Assembly (NCBI GenBank): GCA_963806225.1
Contig: CAWDXG010000004.1
Coordinates: forward strand, 5,248,001 to 5,312,000
DNA length: 64,000 bases
Direction: 5' to 3'
From: an uncultured delta proteobacterium
GTDB taxonomy: Bacteria; Myxococcota_A; Polyangia; Polyangiales; Polyangiaceae
The translations under genes and the position numbers were made by a program. The notes below the pieces were generated by a model. It ran no database searches and had not been told where the DNA came from. It saw only the letters and a list, made by a program, of their open reading frames with translations. Below are positions 30,143 through 40,013 of the stretch, piece by piece (positions within the stretch are counted from its first letter, which is position 1; every line of letters begins with the position of its first letter).

Positions 30143-30269
30143 ACGACAAGCCCTCCCGTCGCGCGAAACCTAACAACGCACCGCGTCGCTGGAAAGCCCC
30201 ACGGCGCCCCTACCGTGGGTGCCCGGAATTGCACGGATTTCCGTGTAGAGGTCGGCGAGCCCGCGTCGC

Positions 30270-31256
<987 letters not shown>

Positions 31257-31372
31257 GGTCCGCTCCTCTTGTTCTTCCGTATGCCTGCCCACCCGCCGCG
31301 CGGAGGACCTCATGCCTAGGGCTGCGGAAGCGGCCTTGCAAGCGTTCGCGACATTTCGGCTTTCGGCCCGGA

Positions 31373-31957
31373 CTACTGCCGGCGCACCGAGACGTGCACG
31401 TGGCTCTCGTCCTCGTAGAACACCCAGTCGAAGCCCGCGTCGACGGCGAGGCGGGCCAGGCTGCCAAGCTTTCCCGGGTCGAGGTCCGAGGTGGTCAGGT
31501 CGGCGGCCCGTCCCGCGTAGTGCAGGCTCCTCGGGCCGTGTTCCTGGTTCTCGTCCCAGGCCTCCGTGACCCGGACCTCCACGCCCTTCCAGTGCTCCCG
31601 CACCAGTCGGGACAGCCGCTCGAGCCGCGTCCTGAGTCGTGGAGTCATCATGCGGTCCGCCCCGGTCTTCTCCTCGTCCTTGAAGACGATGTGCGGATCG
31701 CCGCATCGAACCAGCTCGCTGAACGCCGGGGCGGTGCGCTCGATAGGTCGCGAGAGCGCACCGGAGGCATCCACCTCGGATGCGGCGGGGACATGCTGGC
31801 CGATGTGGAGCGCGGCGGCGCGCTCGCGGGACAGCGACGGCCCGGAGGGCAGGTCGTTGGTGCACGCCGACGAGCTCGTGGACAGCGCCAGCGCGAACAG
31901 CAGGGCGTGGACTGGCAGCGGCGGGAGCAGGCGAGGCGCGAACGTTCGGTGCGGCAC
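31373..31957 (-). CDS. Hedgehog N-terminal signalling domain (HH_signal / Hh-DD-peptidase fold) protein, probable lipoprotein; start may be as far upstream as 31996
   Basis: [39 protein letters not shown] and [25 protein letters not shown] closely match animal Hh; hydrophobic leader ending SSAC. Confidence 0.93.
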   Translation of the reverse strand: MPHRTFAPRLLPPLPVHALLFALALSTSSSACTNDLPSGPSLSRERAAALHIGQHVPAASEVDASGALSRPIERTAPAFSELVRCGDPHIVFKDEEKTGADRMMTPRLRTRLERLSRLVREHWKGVEVRVTEAWDENQEHGPRSLHYAGRAADLTTSDLDPGKLGSLARLAVDAGFDWVFYEDESHVHVSVRRQ

Positions 31958-32064
31958 GGCATCGGGATCGTGGGATGGAAGGGGCGGATCGGCCAAGGAA
32001 ATGGGGCCCGGGGAGCTGGTCGGCCCGACCCATGCGCCCGAGTTCGTGCTAGGCCCTGCCCGCC

Positions 32065-33990
32065 GTGATCGGGATCTCCAACCTCCAGAAGAGCTTCGGG
32101 CACCAGACCCTGTTCGAGAACGTCACCCTGCAGCTCAACCAGGGCAGCCGCTACGGGCTGGTGGGTGCGAATGGCTCGGGCAAGACCACATTCCTCCGCA
32201 TTCTCACCGGGGACGAGCCGGAGAGCGGAGGCGAGCTCACGTTTCCGAAGAACGCGCGTATCGGCGTGCTGCGGCAGGATCGCTTCCTCAACGACGACCA
32301 GCTCATCCTCGACGTCGCGATGATGGGCGACGAGGTCGCCTGGCGGGCGCTCAAGGAGCAGGACGAGCTGGCGACCCAGGAGCATCCCGATCCGCACCGC
32401 ATCGGCGATCTGGTGGAGATCCTCAACGCCCACGACGGCTACACGCTCGAGGCCCGCGCCAGCCAGGTGCTGGTGGGCCTGGGCATCCCGGAAGCGGTGA
32501 CGGGGCAGCCCCTCAGGACGCTGAGCGGTGGCTACAAGCTGCGCGTGCTGCTCGCGCAGGTGCTCGTCGGTCAGCCCGATGCGCTGTTCCTCGACGAGCC
32601 GACGAACCATCTCGACATCCTGAGCATCCGCTGGCTGGAACGATTCCTCTCGAGCTACCGCGGCTCTGCGGTGGTCATCAGCCACGACCATCGCTTCCTG
32701 AACAACGTCGCCACGCACATCCTCGACGTCGACTACCAGACGATCACCCAGTACACGGGCAACTACGACGCCTTCCTCGAGCAGAAGGTCACGACACGCG
32801 ATCGCAAGGAGACGGAAATCGCCCGCGTGGAGAAGGCCATCGCGGACAAGAAGGCTTTCGTCGAGCGCTTCAAGGCCAAGGCCACCAAGGCCCGGCAGGC
32901 CCAGAGCCGGGTGAAGCAGATCGAGAAGATCGAGATCGAGAAGCTGCCCCAGTCCTCGCGGCGCTACCCCAAGTTCTCGTTCTCGAGCGTGCGCCCGAGC
33001 GGCAAGGACGTGCTCCAGGTCGAGGACCTCTGCAAGGCCTACGGCGACAAGAAGGTGCTCGACGGCGTTTCACTCTCGGTGCGGCGCGGCGAGCGTGTCG
33101 CGGTGATCGGCGCCAACGGTCTCGGCAAGTCGACGCTGCTGAAGATCGTCACGGGCAACCTCGACAAGGACGCGGGGGACGTCACGTGGGGTCACGAGAC
33201 GCACGTCGGCTACTTCGCGCAGGATCACAAAGAGCAGCTCACCGATCCCGAGCAGACTGCGTTGGACTTCCTGTGGGAGATCTGTCCGCAGGAGGGCACG
33301 AGCTTCGTGCGCGGAGTGCTCGGAAGGCTACTGTTCAGTCGGGAAGAGGTCGACAAAAAGGTCAAGAGCGTGAGCGGCGGCGAGGCGACCCGCCTGGTTT
33401 TCAGCCGGCTCATGGTGCAGAAGCCCAACGTCCTGGTGCTCGACGAGCCGACGAACCATCTGGACCTCGAGGCGATCGAGGCGCTGGTCGACGCGCTGGA
33501 GAACTACGACGGTACGCTCATCTTCGTGTCGCACGATCGCTGGTTCGTCTCGCGGCTTGCGACGCGCATCATCGAGATCCGCCCCGACGGGCTGAACGAC
33601 TTCCAGGGAACGTACGACGAGTACCTGGAACGCCAGGGTGACGACCACCTCGACGCGGAGCAGGTGGAGCTCCGGGCGAAGCAGGACAAGAAGCAGAAGA
33701 AGAACCGGGGCCGCCCGAAGAACGGGGGCAAGCCGCGGAACAACCGCGACAAGGAGCTGCCGAAGCGCCGCGACGAGGTGGTTGCCCGCATCGAGGCGGT
33801 GGAAGCCCAGCTTGCCGGTATCCAGCAGCGCTACTCCGAGCCCGGCTTCTTCGAAAAGACCAACGCCGCCGAGGTCGAGTCGCTGAGGAGCCAGGAGAAG
33901 CAGCTTTCCCGCGAGCAGGCCGAGCTGATGCAGAAGTGGGAACGGCTCGAAGCGGAGCTGACCGAGCTGGGCGAGGGAGCGGTCGGATAG
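32065..33990 (+). CDS. ABC-F family ATPase
   Basis: Two ABC domains (GANGSGKT, LSGG, LDEPTNHLD; GANGLGKS, VSGGE), no TM segments, coiled-coil tail. Confidence 0.93.
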   Translation: MIGISNLQKSFGHQTLFENVTLQLNQGSRYGLVGANGSGKTTFLRILTGDEPESGGELTFPKNARIGVLRQDRFLNDDQLILDVAMMGDEVAWRALKEQDELATQEHPDPHRIGDLVEILNAHDGYTLEARASQVLVGLGIPEAVTGQPLRTLSGGYKLRVLLAQVLVGQPDALFLDEPTNHLDILSIRWLERFLSSYRGSAVVISHDHRFLNNVATHILDVDYQTITQYTGNYDAFLEQKVTTRDRKETEIARVEKAIADKKAFVERFKAKATKARQAQSRVKQIEKIEIEKLPQSSRRYPKFSFSSVRPSGKDVLQVEDLCKAYGDKKVLDGVSLSVRRGERVAVIGANGLGKSTLLKIVTGNLDKDAGDVTWGHETHVGYFAQDHKEQLTDPEQTALDFLWEICPQEGTSFVRGVLGRLLFSREEVDKKVKSVSGGEATRLVFSRLMVQKPNVLVLDEPTNHLDLEAIEALVDALENYDGTLIFVSHDRWFVSRLATRIIEIRPDGLNDFQGTYDEYLERQGDDHLDAEQVELRAKQDKKQKKNRGRPKNGGKPRNNRDKELPKRRDEVVARIEAVEAQLAGIQQRYSEPGFFEKTNAAEVESLRSQEKQLSREQAELMQKWERLEAELTELGEGAVG

Positions 33991-34067
33991 GTAGTTCCGC
34001 GACCAGAATCGGTGCTGGCGTTTCGCGAGCGCGCTTGCCCGGCCGCGTTTGGCGTATCAATGGAGGG

Positions 34068-35699
34068 ATGGGCAAAAGCGCGCTTCGCTGGCTCGTTGCA
34101 CTGACCGCCGTTGTCGCGGGCTGCACGACGAGCAGCACCAACAACGTTGAACCCTGCGCTCCCGGCGAGGTGCGGACCTGTCTCGGAAGCGACGCCTGCA
34201 GCGGCCACGCCGTGTGCAGCTCCGATGGGACGCTGGGCGCGTGCATGTGCGGAGGCATGGACGGCGGACCCGACGGGGCCGGCGGTGTGTCGGGCAGCGG
34301 CGGTGTGTCGGGCAGCGGCGGCAGCGGCGGGACCGCAGGCAGCGCTGGCAACGGCGGTGTGTCGGGCAGCGGTGGCAACGGCGGTGTGTCGGGCAGCGGC
34401 GGCAGCGGCGGGACCGCAGGCAGCGCTGGCAACGGCGGTGTGTCGGGCAGCGGCGGCAGCGGCGGGACCGCAGGCAGCGCTGGCAACGGCGGTGTGTCGG
34501 GCAGCGGTGGCAACGGCGGTGTGTCGGGCAGCGGCGGCAGCGGCGGGACCGCAGGCAGCGCTGGCAACGGCGGTGTGTCGGGCAGCGGCGGCAGCGGCGG
34601 GACCGCAGGCAGCGGTGGCAACGGCGGTGTGTCGGGCAGCGGTGGCAACGGCGGTGTGTCGGGCAGCGGCGGGAACGGCGGCGTGTCGGGCAGCGGCGGG
34701 AACGATGCCGGTGCCGATGTGTCGACGGGTGGCACGGCCGGAACCGACGGCGGCACCGATGCGTCCCTGGACGGCCCCGGCGGAATCGACGGCGGAGCCG
34801 ATGCGTCCGTGGACGGCGCCGCGGGCAGCGGCGGGAGCGGCGGCAGTGGAACGGATGCGGGCGGAGTGTGCGCGAACGGCGTGACCGGCGGCGACGGCAC
34901 CGTGAGCTACCCGCTGTGGCCCGTCTCGAGCGCCGATCTGCGGGCCACCGCGGAGTTCACCACGACGCAGGACACGGTGCTCGACCACGCGACGTGCTTG
35001 ATGTGGCAGCGCAGCGTCAACACCGGAACCTACTCGTGGGCCGCGGCGAAAACCGCCTGCGACAACCTCTCGCTGGCCGGCTACAACGACTGGCGGCTGC
35101 CGACGCGTGCAGAGCTCGTCAGCATCACGAACTACACGGCGTACCCCGCGATCAACCAATCGGTGTTCGCCAACACGCCCATGGGTGCGAACGTCAACAC
35201 CTTCTGGGCGTCCACTCTGCTTGCCAGCGATGCGACCAAGCACTGGGTCGTGCTGCTCGGCGGAGCCGGGCAGGTGACCTACCAGCTGTCGACAAGTAGC
35301 TACAGCGTACGCTGCGTGCGCGGCTCGGGCGCGCCGACGAGCGCCCGCTTCGACAGTTCCACGCCAGCGGTCGTCTTCGATCTGGAAACCGGTCTCGAGT
35401 GGGAAGCGAGTCCGCCGAACCAGGAGTACTCGCAGGCACAAGCGGATACGTACTGCCAGAGCCTCACGCTCGACAACCAGAGCGACTGGCGCCTGCCGAG
35501 CATCCGCGAGTTGACCGCGCTGATCGATCCGGCAAACGCGAGCCGCGCACTACCGACAAGCTTCGGTCTGGTCGGCGCCTGGTACTGGTCCTCGACGCTC
35601 TCGACCGGCTACGGCTACTGGGCTGTTAGCATGGGCGTTGGCTACACGGCGGTCGTTCCGTCTGCCGCGTCCATTCATCGCGCCCGCTGCGTGCGGTAG
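34068..35699 (+). CDS. Lipoprotein with long Gly-rich linker and two DUF1566 (Lcl C-terminal) domains
   Basis: VAGC lipobox; D..T.LMWQ, DWRLPT.AEL, WAST, VRCVR motifs occur twice. Confidence 0.88.
   Translation: MGKSALRWLVALTAVVAGCTTSSTNNVEPCAPGEVRTCLGSDACSGHAVCSSDGTLGACMCGGMDGGPDGAGGVSGSGGVSGSGGSGGTAGSAGNGGVSGSGGNGGVSGSGGSGGTAGSAGNGGVSGSGGSGGTAGSAGNGGVSGSGGNGGVSGSGGSGGTAGSAGNGGVSGSGGSGGTAGSGGNGGVSGSGGNGGVSGSGGNGGVSGSGGNDAGADVSTGGTAGTDGGTDASLDGPGGIDGGADASVDGAAGSGGSGGSGTDAGGVCANGVTGGDGTVSYPLWPVSSADLRATAEFTTTQDTVLDHATCLMWQRSVNTGTYSWAAAKTACDNLSLAGYNDWRLPTRAELVSITNYTAYPAINQSVFANTPMGANVNTFWASTLLASDATKHWVVLLGGAGQVTYQLSTSSYSVRCVRGSGAPTSARFDSSTPAVVFDLETGLEWEASPPNQEYSQAQADTYCQSLTLDNQSDWRLPSIRELTALIDPANASRALPTSFGLVGAWYWSSTLSTGYGYWAVSMGVGYTAVVPSAASIHRARCVR
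34281..34702 (+). repeat. Coding tandem repeat (GGVSGSGGN / GGVSGSGGSGGTAGSAGN units)
   Basis: About ten near-identical GGCGGTGTGTCGGGCAGCGG cores in alternating 27- and 54-nt units. Confidence 0.9.
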
Positions 35700-35720
35700 C
35701 TCTACGGGAGACCCGAGGAC

Positions 35721-36923
35721 ATGTCGGTTCGCTGGTTGTCGATAGTCGCGCTTGCCCTGGCTGGCTGCAGCTCGAGCACCAACGTACAGGTGACGCCCTG
35801 CCACTCGGGAGAGACCCAGACCTGCGTGACCCAGACGGGCTGCAGCGGAATCGCCGTGTGCGGCTCGGATGGCAAGTACTCCGCTTGCACGTGCGGCGCG
35901 GACGCCGGTGGCGGAAGCGGCGGCGGGTCAGGCTCCGGCGGTACGGGCGGAAGCGGCGGTGTCGCGGGCGGCGCGGGCGGGAGCGACGCCGGTCCGGACG
36001 TCTCCGCCGGAGGCTCGGGCGGCGTGGGTGGCAGCGTCGATGCGTCGACGGAGGGTTCGGCGGGAAGTGGCGGAGATGGCGGCGGGGTCTGTCCGTCGGG
36101 TGTCACCGGTGGCGACGGCACGGTCAGCTATCCGCGATGGCCCATCCCGGCTGGAGATTCGCGGGCGACTGGCGGGTTCACGGTAACGAAGGACACCGTG
36201 CTCGACCACGCGACGTGCTTGATGTGGCAGCGTGCAGTCAATTCGGGGAGCTACTCCTGGGACGCGGCCAAGGGCCTGTGCGACAAACTGATCCTGGCGG
36301 GATTCGACGACTGGCGCCTTCCCACTCGCGCCGAGCTCGTCAGCATCACCGACTTCACGGTCTATCCCGCGATCAACAAGTCCGTCTTCCCGAACGTTCT
36401 GACCGGAGCGAAAATCAATGCGTTCTGGGCGTCGACCCTGCTTGCCAGTGACACGTCCAAGCACTGGGTCGTATTGCACGGCGGGGCCGGGCAGGTGGCG
36501 TACGAGCCGTCGACGGACAGCTCCAGCGTGCGCTGCGTGCGCGGCTCCGGCGCCCCGCTCCCGCAGCGCTTCGACGCTTCGAAGGCTGGCGTGGTCGTCG
36601 ACCTCGAAACGGGCCTCGAGTGGGAGGCAACGCCCCAGGACCAGGAGGTCTCCGTGGCCGAGGCCGACACCTACTGCCAGAAGCTGGTGCTGGACAGCCA
36701 GAGCGATTGGCGGCTGCCCACCGCTCGCGAGCTGAGCACGCTGATCGATCCCCTGGGTGCAACCCGAGCGCTGCCCCTGAGCTTCGGTCTGAAGAGCGGA
36801 GCGTCCTATTGGTCGTCCACTTCGGCGTCGGGTTTGAACAACTGGTGCGTGGGTATGGGCAACGGGTACACGGCCGCGTGTCCGACGACAGCCCAGACCC
36901 ACCGCGTTCGCTGCGTGCGCTAG
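35721..36923 (+). CDS. Paralogous tandem-DUF1566 lipoprotein (short linker)
   Basis: LAGC lipobox; shares GVTGGDGTVSYP and DTVLDHATCLMWQR with the upstream gene. Confidence 0.88.
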   Translation: MSVRWLSIVALALAGCSSSTNVQVTPCHSGETQTCVTQTGCSGIAVCGSDGKYSACTCGADAGGGSGGGSGSGGTGGSGGVAGGAGGSDAGPDVSAGGSGGVGGSVDASTEGSAGSGGDGGGVCPSGVTGGDGTVSYPRWPIPAGDSRATGGFTVTKDTVLDHATCLMWQRAVNSGSYSWDAAKGLCDKLILAGFDDWRLPTRAELVSITDFTVYPAINKSVFPNVLTGAKINAFWASTLLASDTSKHWVVLHGGAGQVAYEPSTDSSSVRCVRGSGAPLPQRFDASKAGVVVDLETGLEWEATPQDQEVSVAEADTYCQKLVLDSQSDWRLPTARELSTLIDPLGATRALPLSFGLKSGASYWSSTSASGLNNWCVGMGNGYTAACPTTAQTHRVRCVR

Positions 36924-36964
36924 CGGGCTTCCCCGGGCCCGCGGTTCCGCGCTACGCTCGGTCG

Positions 36965-38365
36965 ATGCTTTTTCGATTGGCTGGGATGGTAGTCGTCGCC
37001 CTGTCGCTGGCGGCCTGTGGTGGTAGCAACGACGCGTCGGGAGGGCCGTCGTCGGGGGGCGCGGCTGGCGCTGCAGGGACGGGAGGCGCGGCCGGCGCCG
37101 CCGGAACCGGGGGCGCGGCGGGTAGCGGTGGAGCGGGCGGCAGCGGTGGAGCGGGCACGACCTGCAGCCAGCCGCCGCGCGACTTCTGGACCTGGGATCT
37201 GACCGTGATGCCTCCCAAGGACAAGAAGGTGAACGCGACCTGCGTGGCCGAGACGGCTCACGCCTACGTGTACGTGGCGACGGATAGCTGGACGGCCGGC
37301 AAGATGACGCAGGCCCAGGTGGACACCATCGTCAATGCCTTCGAGAAGTCGACGCCTGCCGACAAGACACGCGGCATCTACGCGACGGACACGGATACGT
37401 TCGGCGCTCCACCCGACGTCGACAACGATCCGCACATCTATCTCGTGTACTACCCGATGGGGTCGTTCAAGAGCACGAGCTTCGACGGCTACTTCCGCGA
37501 CACGGACGAGTCCCCCGGAACGGGCTCGAACCAGCTCGAGATGCTGCACCTGAACTCCGAGGGGCAGTTCAAGCCGGACTCCGACTACATGCTCGGTGTC
37601 GTCATCCACGAGTTCGTACACCTCATCAACTGGAAGTACGACAAGAGCGAAGAGGGCTGGCTGAACGAGGCGCTGGCCGAGTCGGCCATGACGCTCGGCG
37701 GCTACATGACCGACCTCCCGGCGGGCAAGAAGTACGTCAAGTCGACCGCGGGCACACCGCTCTGCGTGACCGGCTACTCGGACTACGGCGCGACCTTCAG
37801 CTGGGGCAGCTACATGCTCGACCGCTGGGGCACCTCCTTCCTCACCGACGTGCTGCAGGACCCAGCGCACGGTATCGCCTCGATCGAATCGCACCTGCCG
37901 CAAGGCACGACGTTCCGTGATGCGTTCAGCGACTTCATGCTCGCGAATCTGCTCGACCAGCCTTCGATCGGTGACGGTCGCTACGGCTACACATCGTTCG
38001 ACCAGTCCGCGTTGGGCAGCGAGACGGCAGGCACCATCGACAGCGCCGATCACACGAGCGACGCCGTGGCGTGGGGCGCGCGCATGCTGCGCTTCATTCC
38101 GTCGAGCGCGGGGACGCTGTCGGTAGCGATCGACTCCGCGGACTGGGACAAGCTGGTCGTCTCCACCGTGGTGCTCGATCCGGCGCAGCCGTCCGGCGCC
38201 ACGGTCACGCCACAGACGCTCACCGCGCAGAGCACCCAGCTCGACATCCAGGTTGCGGCCGGGCAGGTCGTCGATGCCGTCGTAGCGGTCGACCCCGGCG
38301 CCTCGGTCGACAGCACGCCGGCCGCCAAGACCAGCTTCACCTACAACGCGACGCTGACACCATGA
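36965..38365 (+). CDS. Zinc metallopeptidase lipoprotein (M30/M6-like)
   Basis: LAAC lipobox; FG.PPDVDND, GYF, HEFVHLI...WLNEALAE. Confidence 0.8.
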   Translation: MLFRLAGMVVVALSLAACGGSNDASGGPSSGGAAGAAGTGGAAGAAGTGGAAGSGGAGGSGGAGTTCSQPPRDFWTWDLTVMPPKDKKVNATCVAETAHAYVYVATDSWTAGKMTQAQVDTIVNAFEKSTPADKTRGIYATDTDTFGAPPDVDNDPHIYLVYYPMGSFKSTSFDGYFRDTDESPGTGSNQLEMLHLNSEGQFKPDSDYMLGVVIHEFVHLINWKYDKSEEGWLNEALAESAMTLGGYMTDLPAGKKYVKSTAGTPLCVTGYSDYGATFSWGSYMLDRWGTSFLTDVLQDPAHGIASIESHLPQGTTFRDAFSDFMLANLLDQPSIGDGRYGYTSFDQSALGSETAGTIDSADHTSDAVAWGARMLRFIPSSAGTLSVAIDSADWDKLVVSTVVLDPAQPSGATVTPQTLTAQSTQLDIQVAAGQVVDAVVAVDPGASVDSTPAAKTSFTYNATLTP

Positions 38366-39966
38366 ACATGAGCGGTGGCAAATCTGTGGGGTTGTGCGCT
38401 CTGGCGGCAGCCTTGTCCTGTGGCTGCGGCAGCTCGTCGGCGTCACAGCCGACCGGCACCGGCGGGACCTCGGGGCAGGGCGGTATGGCTGGAAGTGGCG
38501 GCGCGGCCGGCGCTGGTGGCGTTGGCGGTCCGCTGGCGCTCGCTCCCGGCGACGTGGCGGAGCTGCCGGTCCAGAGCGGAACCGCCGGGGCGCGCATCGC
38601 GACGCCGGGCGGCAACGAGAAGTACGTGCTGGTGCTGGCGTCTACGCGTTTCGATACGTCGGGGGACCAGCTTGCCTACTCGGTGAAGCTCGACGCGGCG
38701 CCGGACGGCGCGAGCGCGACGCCGGTGACCGGATGTTCGGTCAGCACCGACCCCTGGAGCACCACGAACGTGCCGAAAGAGACGGCGCCCAGCGGCACGG
38801 CGGTGACGGTCGGCACGACGCGAACCATCAACGTCCAGAGGGCGGTCGGCTTTGAAACGATCCAGGCCAAGGCAATCGCCGTCGGCAAGTCGGCGGTCGT
38901 ATGGGCGGACGTCACGCCGGCCCATCCGGCAAACCTCGATACGACGTTCGTGAACCAGTTCCTCTCCGATTTCGAAGACACCATCCTGCCGCGCGAGCGG
39001 ACGGTGTTCGGCATGGAGTCGGACCTGGACGGAGACGGTCACATCTCGCTCGTGTTCACCCCGCTCACCTACGACACCGCGGTGGCGTTCTTCACGGGCT
39101 GCGATCTGGTCGACGCCGGAGGCTGCCTTACGACGAATCATGGCGAGTACCTGTATCTGACACCGCCCGATGCGATCGCCCCTCCGTACAACACGCCCAA
39201 CGCGATCAAGGAAATTCTCACGCACGAGTGCTCGCACCTCATCAACTTCAATCGCAAGGTGCTCTTGAACAAGCTGTCCAGCTGGCCTGACAGCTCCTAC
39301 ATGGACGAGGGCGTTGGCGCATTTGCACAGGACGCTGTCGGGCCGCAGGCGGGCAACCTGTACGTCGCGATGGCGGGCCTCGACCAGATCGACCAGTTCT
39401 CGCTCGGTGAGACACTGATGGATGGCGCGCAGTATGATCTGAACCGCGACGGTGCGTTGCGCGGCGGGTCGTACTGGTTCGTGCGCTGGCTGTACGACCA
39501 GGCCGGCGCCGACACGGCCAACACGGACGGCACCATCACCAACAAGGGCGGGATCTCGTTCTTCCGGGCGCTCCTGGATGCCAAGATGTTTATCGCCAAG
39601 GACCTGCCGGGCGAGACGCAGGCGTCGGCAAGCGACATTGCGATGGACTTCTACACCACGTTGGCCATGAGCAATCGCGACGAGACGGGCGGCGTTGCGC
39701 CTACCGATCCCTGCTTCGCCTACCAGCCGATCGCCACGGATCCGGTGTGGCAGACGCAGCGCGGCGCGGACGTTTACGCCAAGTTCCACGGCATGCAGAT
39801 GAACGGGCCGAAGACCCAGCCGGCGGCGACGGCGGACGGCAAGCTGCTGGCCGGAGGAGTGGAGTATCTGGACGTGGACGCGAAGAGCGGCCAGTCCGAG
39901 CTCGATCTGACGGTGACGGTGGATCCGAAGGCCCAGGCGCGCGTGCGCATCGGCCGCGTGCGCTGA
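38362..39966 (+). CDS. Second zinc metallopeptidase lipoprotein (M30-like)
   Basis: ATGA overlap; FGMESDLDGDGHI, HECSHLINFN...MDEG. Confidence 0.78.
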   Translation: MNMSGGKSVGLCALAAALSCGCGSSSASQPTGTGGTSGQGGMAGSGGAAGAGGVGGPLALAPGDVAELPVQSGTAGARIATPGGNEKYVLVLASTRFDTSGDQLAYSVKLDAAPDGASATPVTGCSVSTDPWSTTNVPKETAPSGTAVTVGTTRTINVQRAVGFETIQAKAIAVGKSAVVWADVTPAHPANLDTTFVNQFLSDFEDTILPRERTVFGMESDLDGDGHISLVFTPLTYDTAVAFFTGCDLVDAGGCLTTNHGEYLYLTPPDAIAPPYNTPNAIKEILTHECSHLINFNRKVLLNKLSSWPDSSYMDEGVGAFAQDAVGPQAGNLYVAMAGLDQIDQFSLGETLMDGAQYDLNRDGALRGGSYWFVRWLYDQAGADTANTDGTITNKGGISFFRALLDAKMFIAKDLPGETQASASDIAMDFYTTLAMSNRDETGGVAPTDPCFAYQPIATDPVWQTQRGADVYAKFHGMQMNGPKTQPAATADGKLLAGGVEYLDVDAKSGQSELDLTVTVDPKAQARVRIGRVR

Positions 39967-40013
39967 TCCACCCCTTGTGCCTCGGCGCCGGACGCCACAG
40001 GCTCCCGGGCATC

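Noticed and set aside
30198..30245. Two small hairpins sharing a CACGG/CCGTG stem upstream of the PilZ gene, considered as a c-di-GMP riboswitch
   Set aside because: They do not match the riboswitch consensus as I know it; short GC stems are expected by chance or as a terminator
34281..34702. Regular repeats that could be mistaken for a CRISPR array (also 50370-50775 and 52630-52770)
   Set aside because: No unique spacers; the units are multiples of 3 and encode Gly-rich linkers inside ORFs; no cas genes
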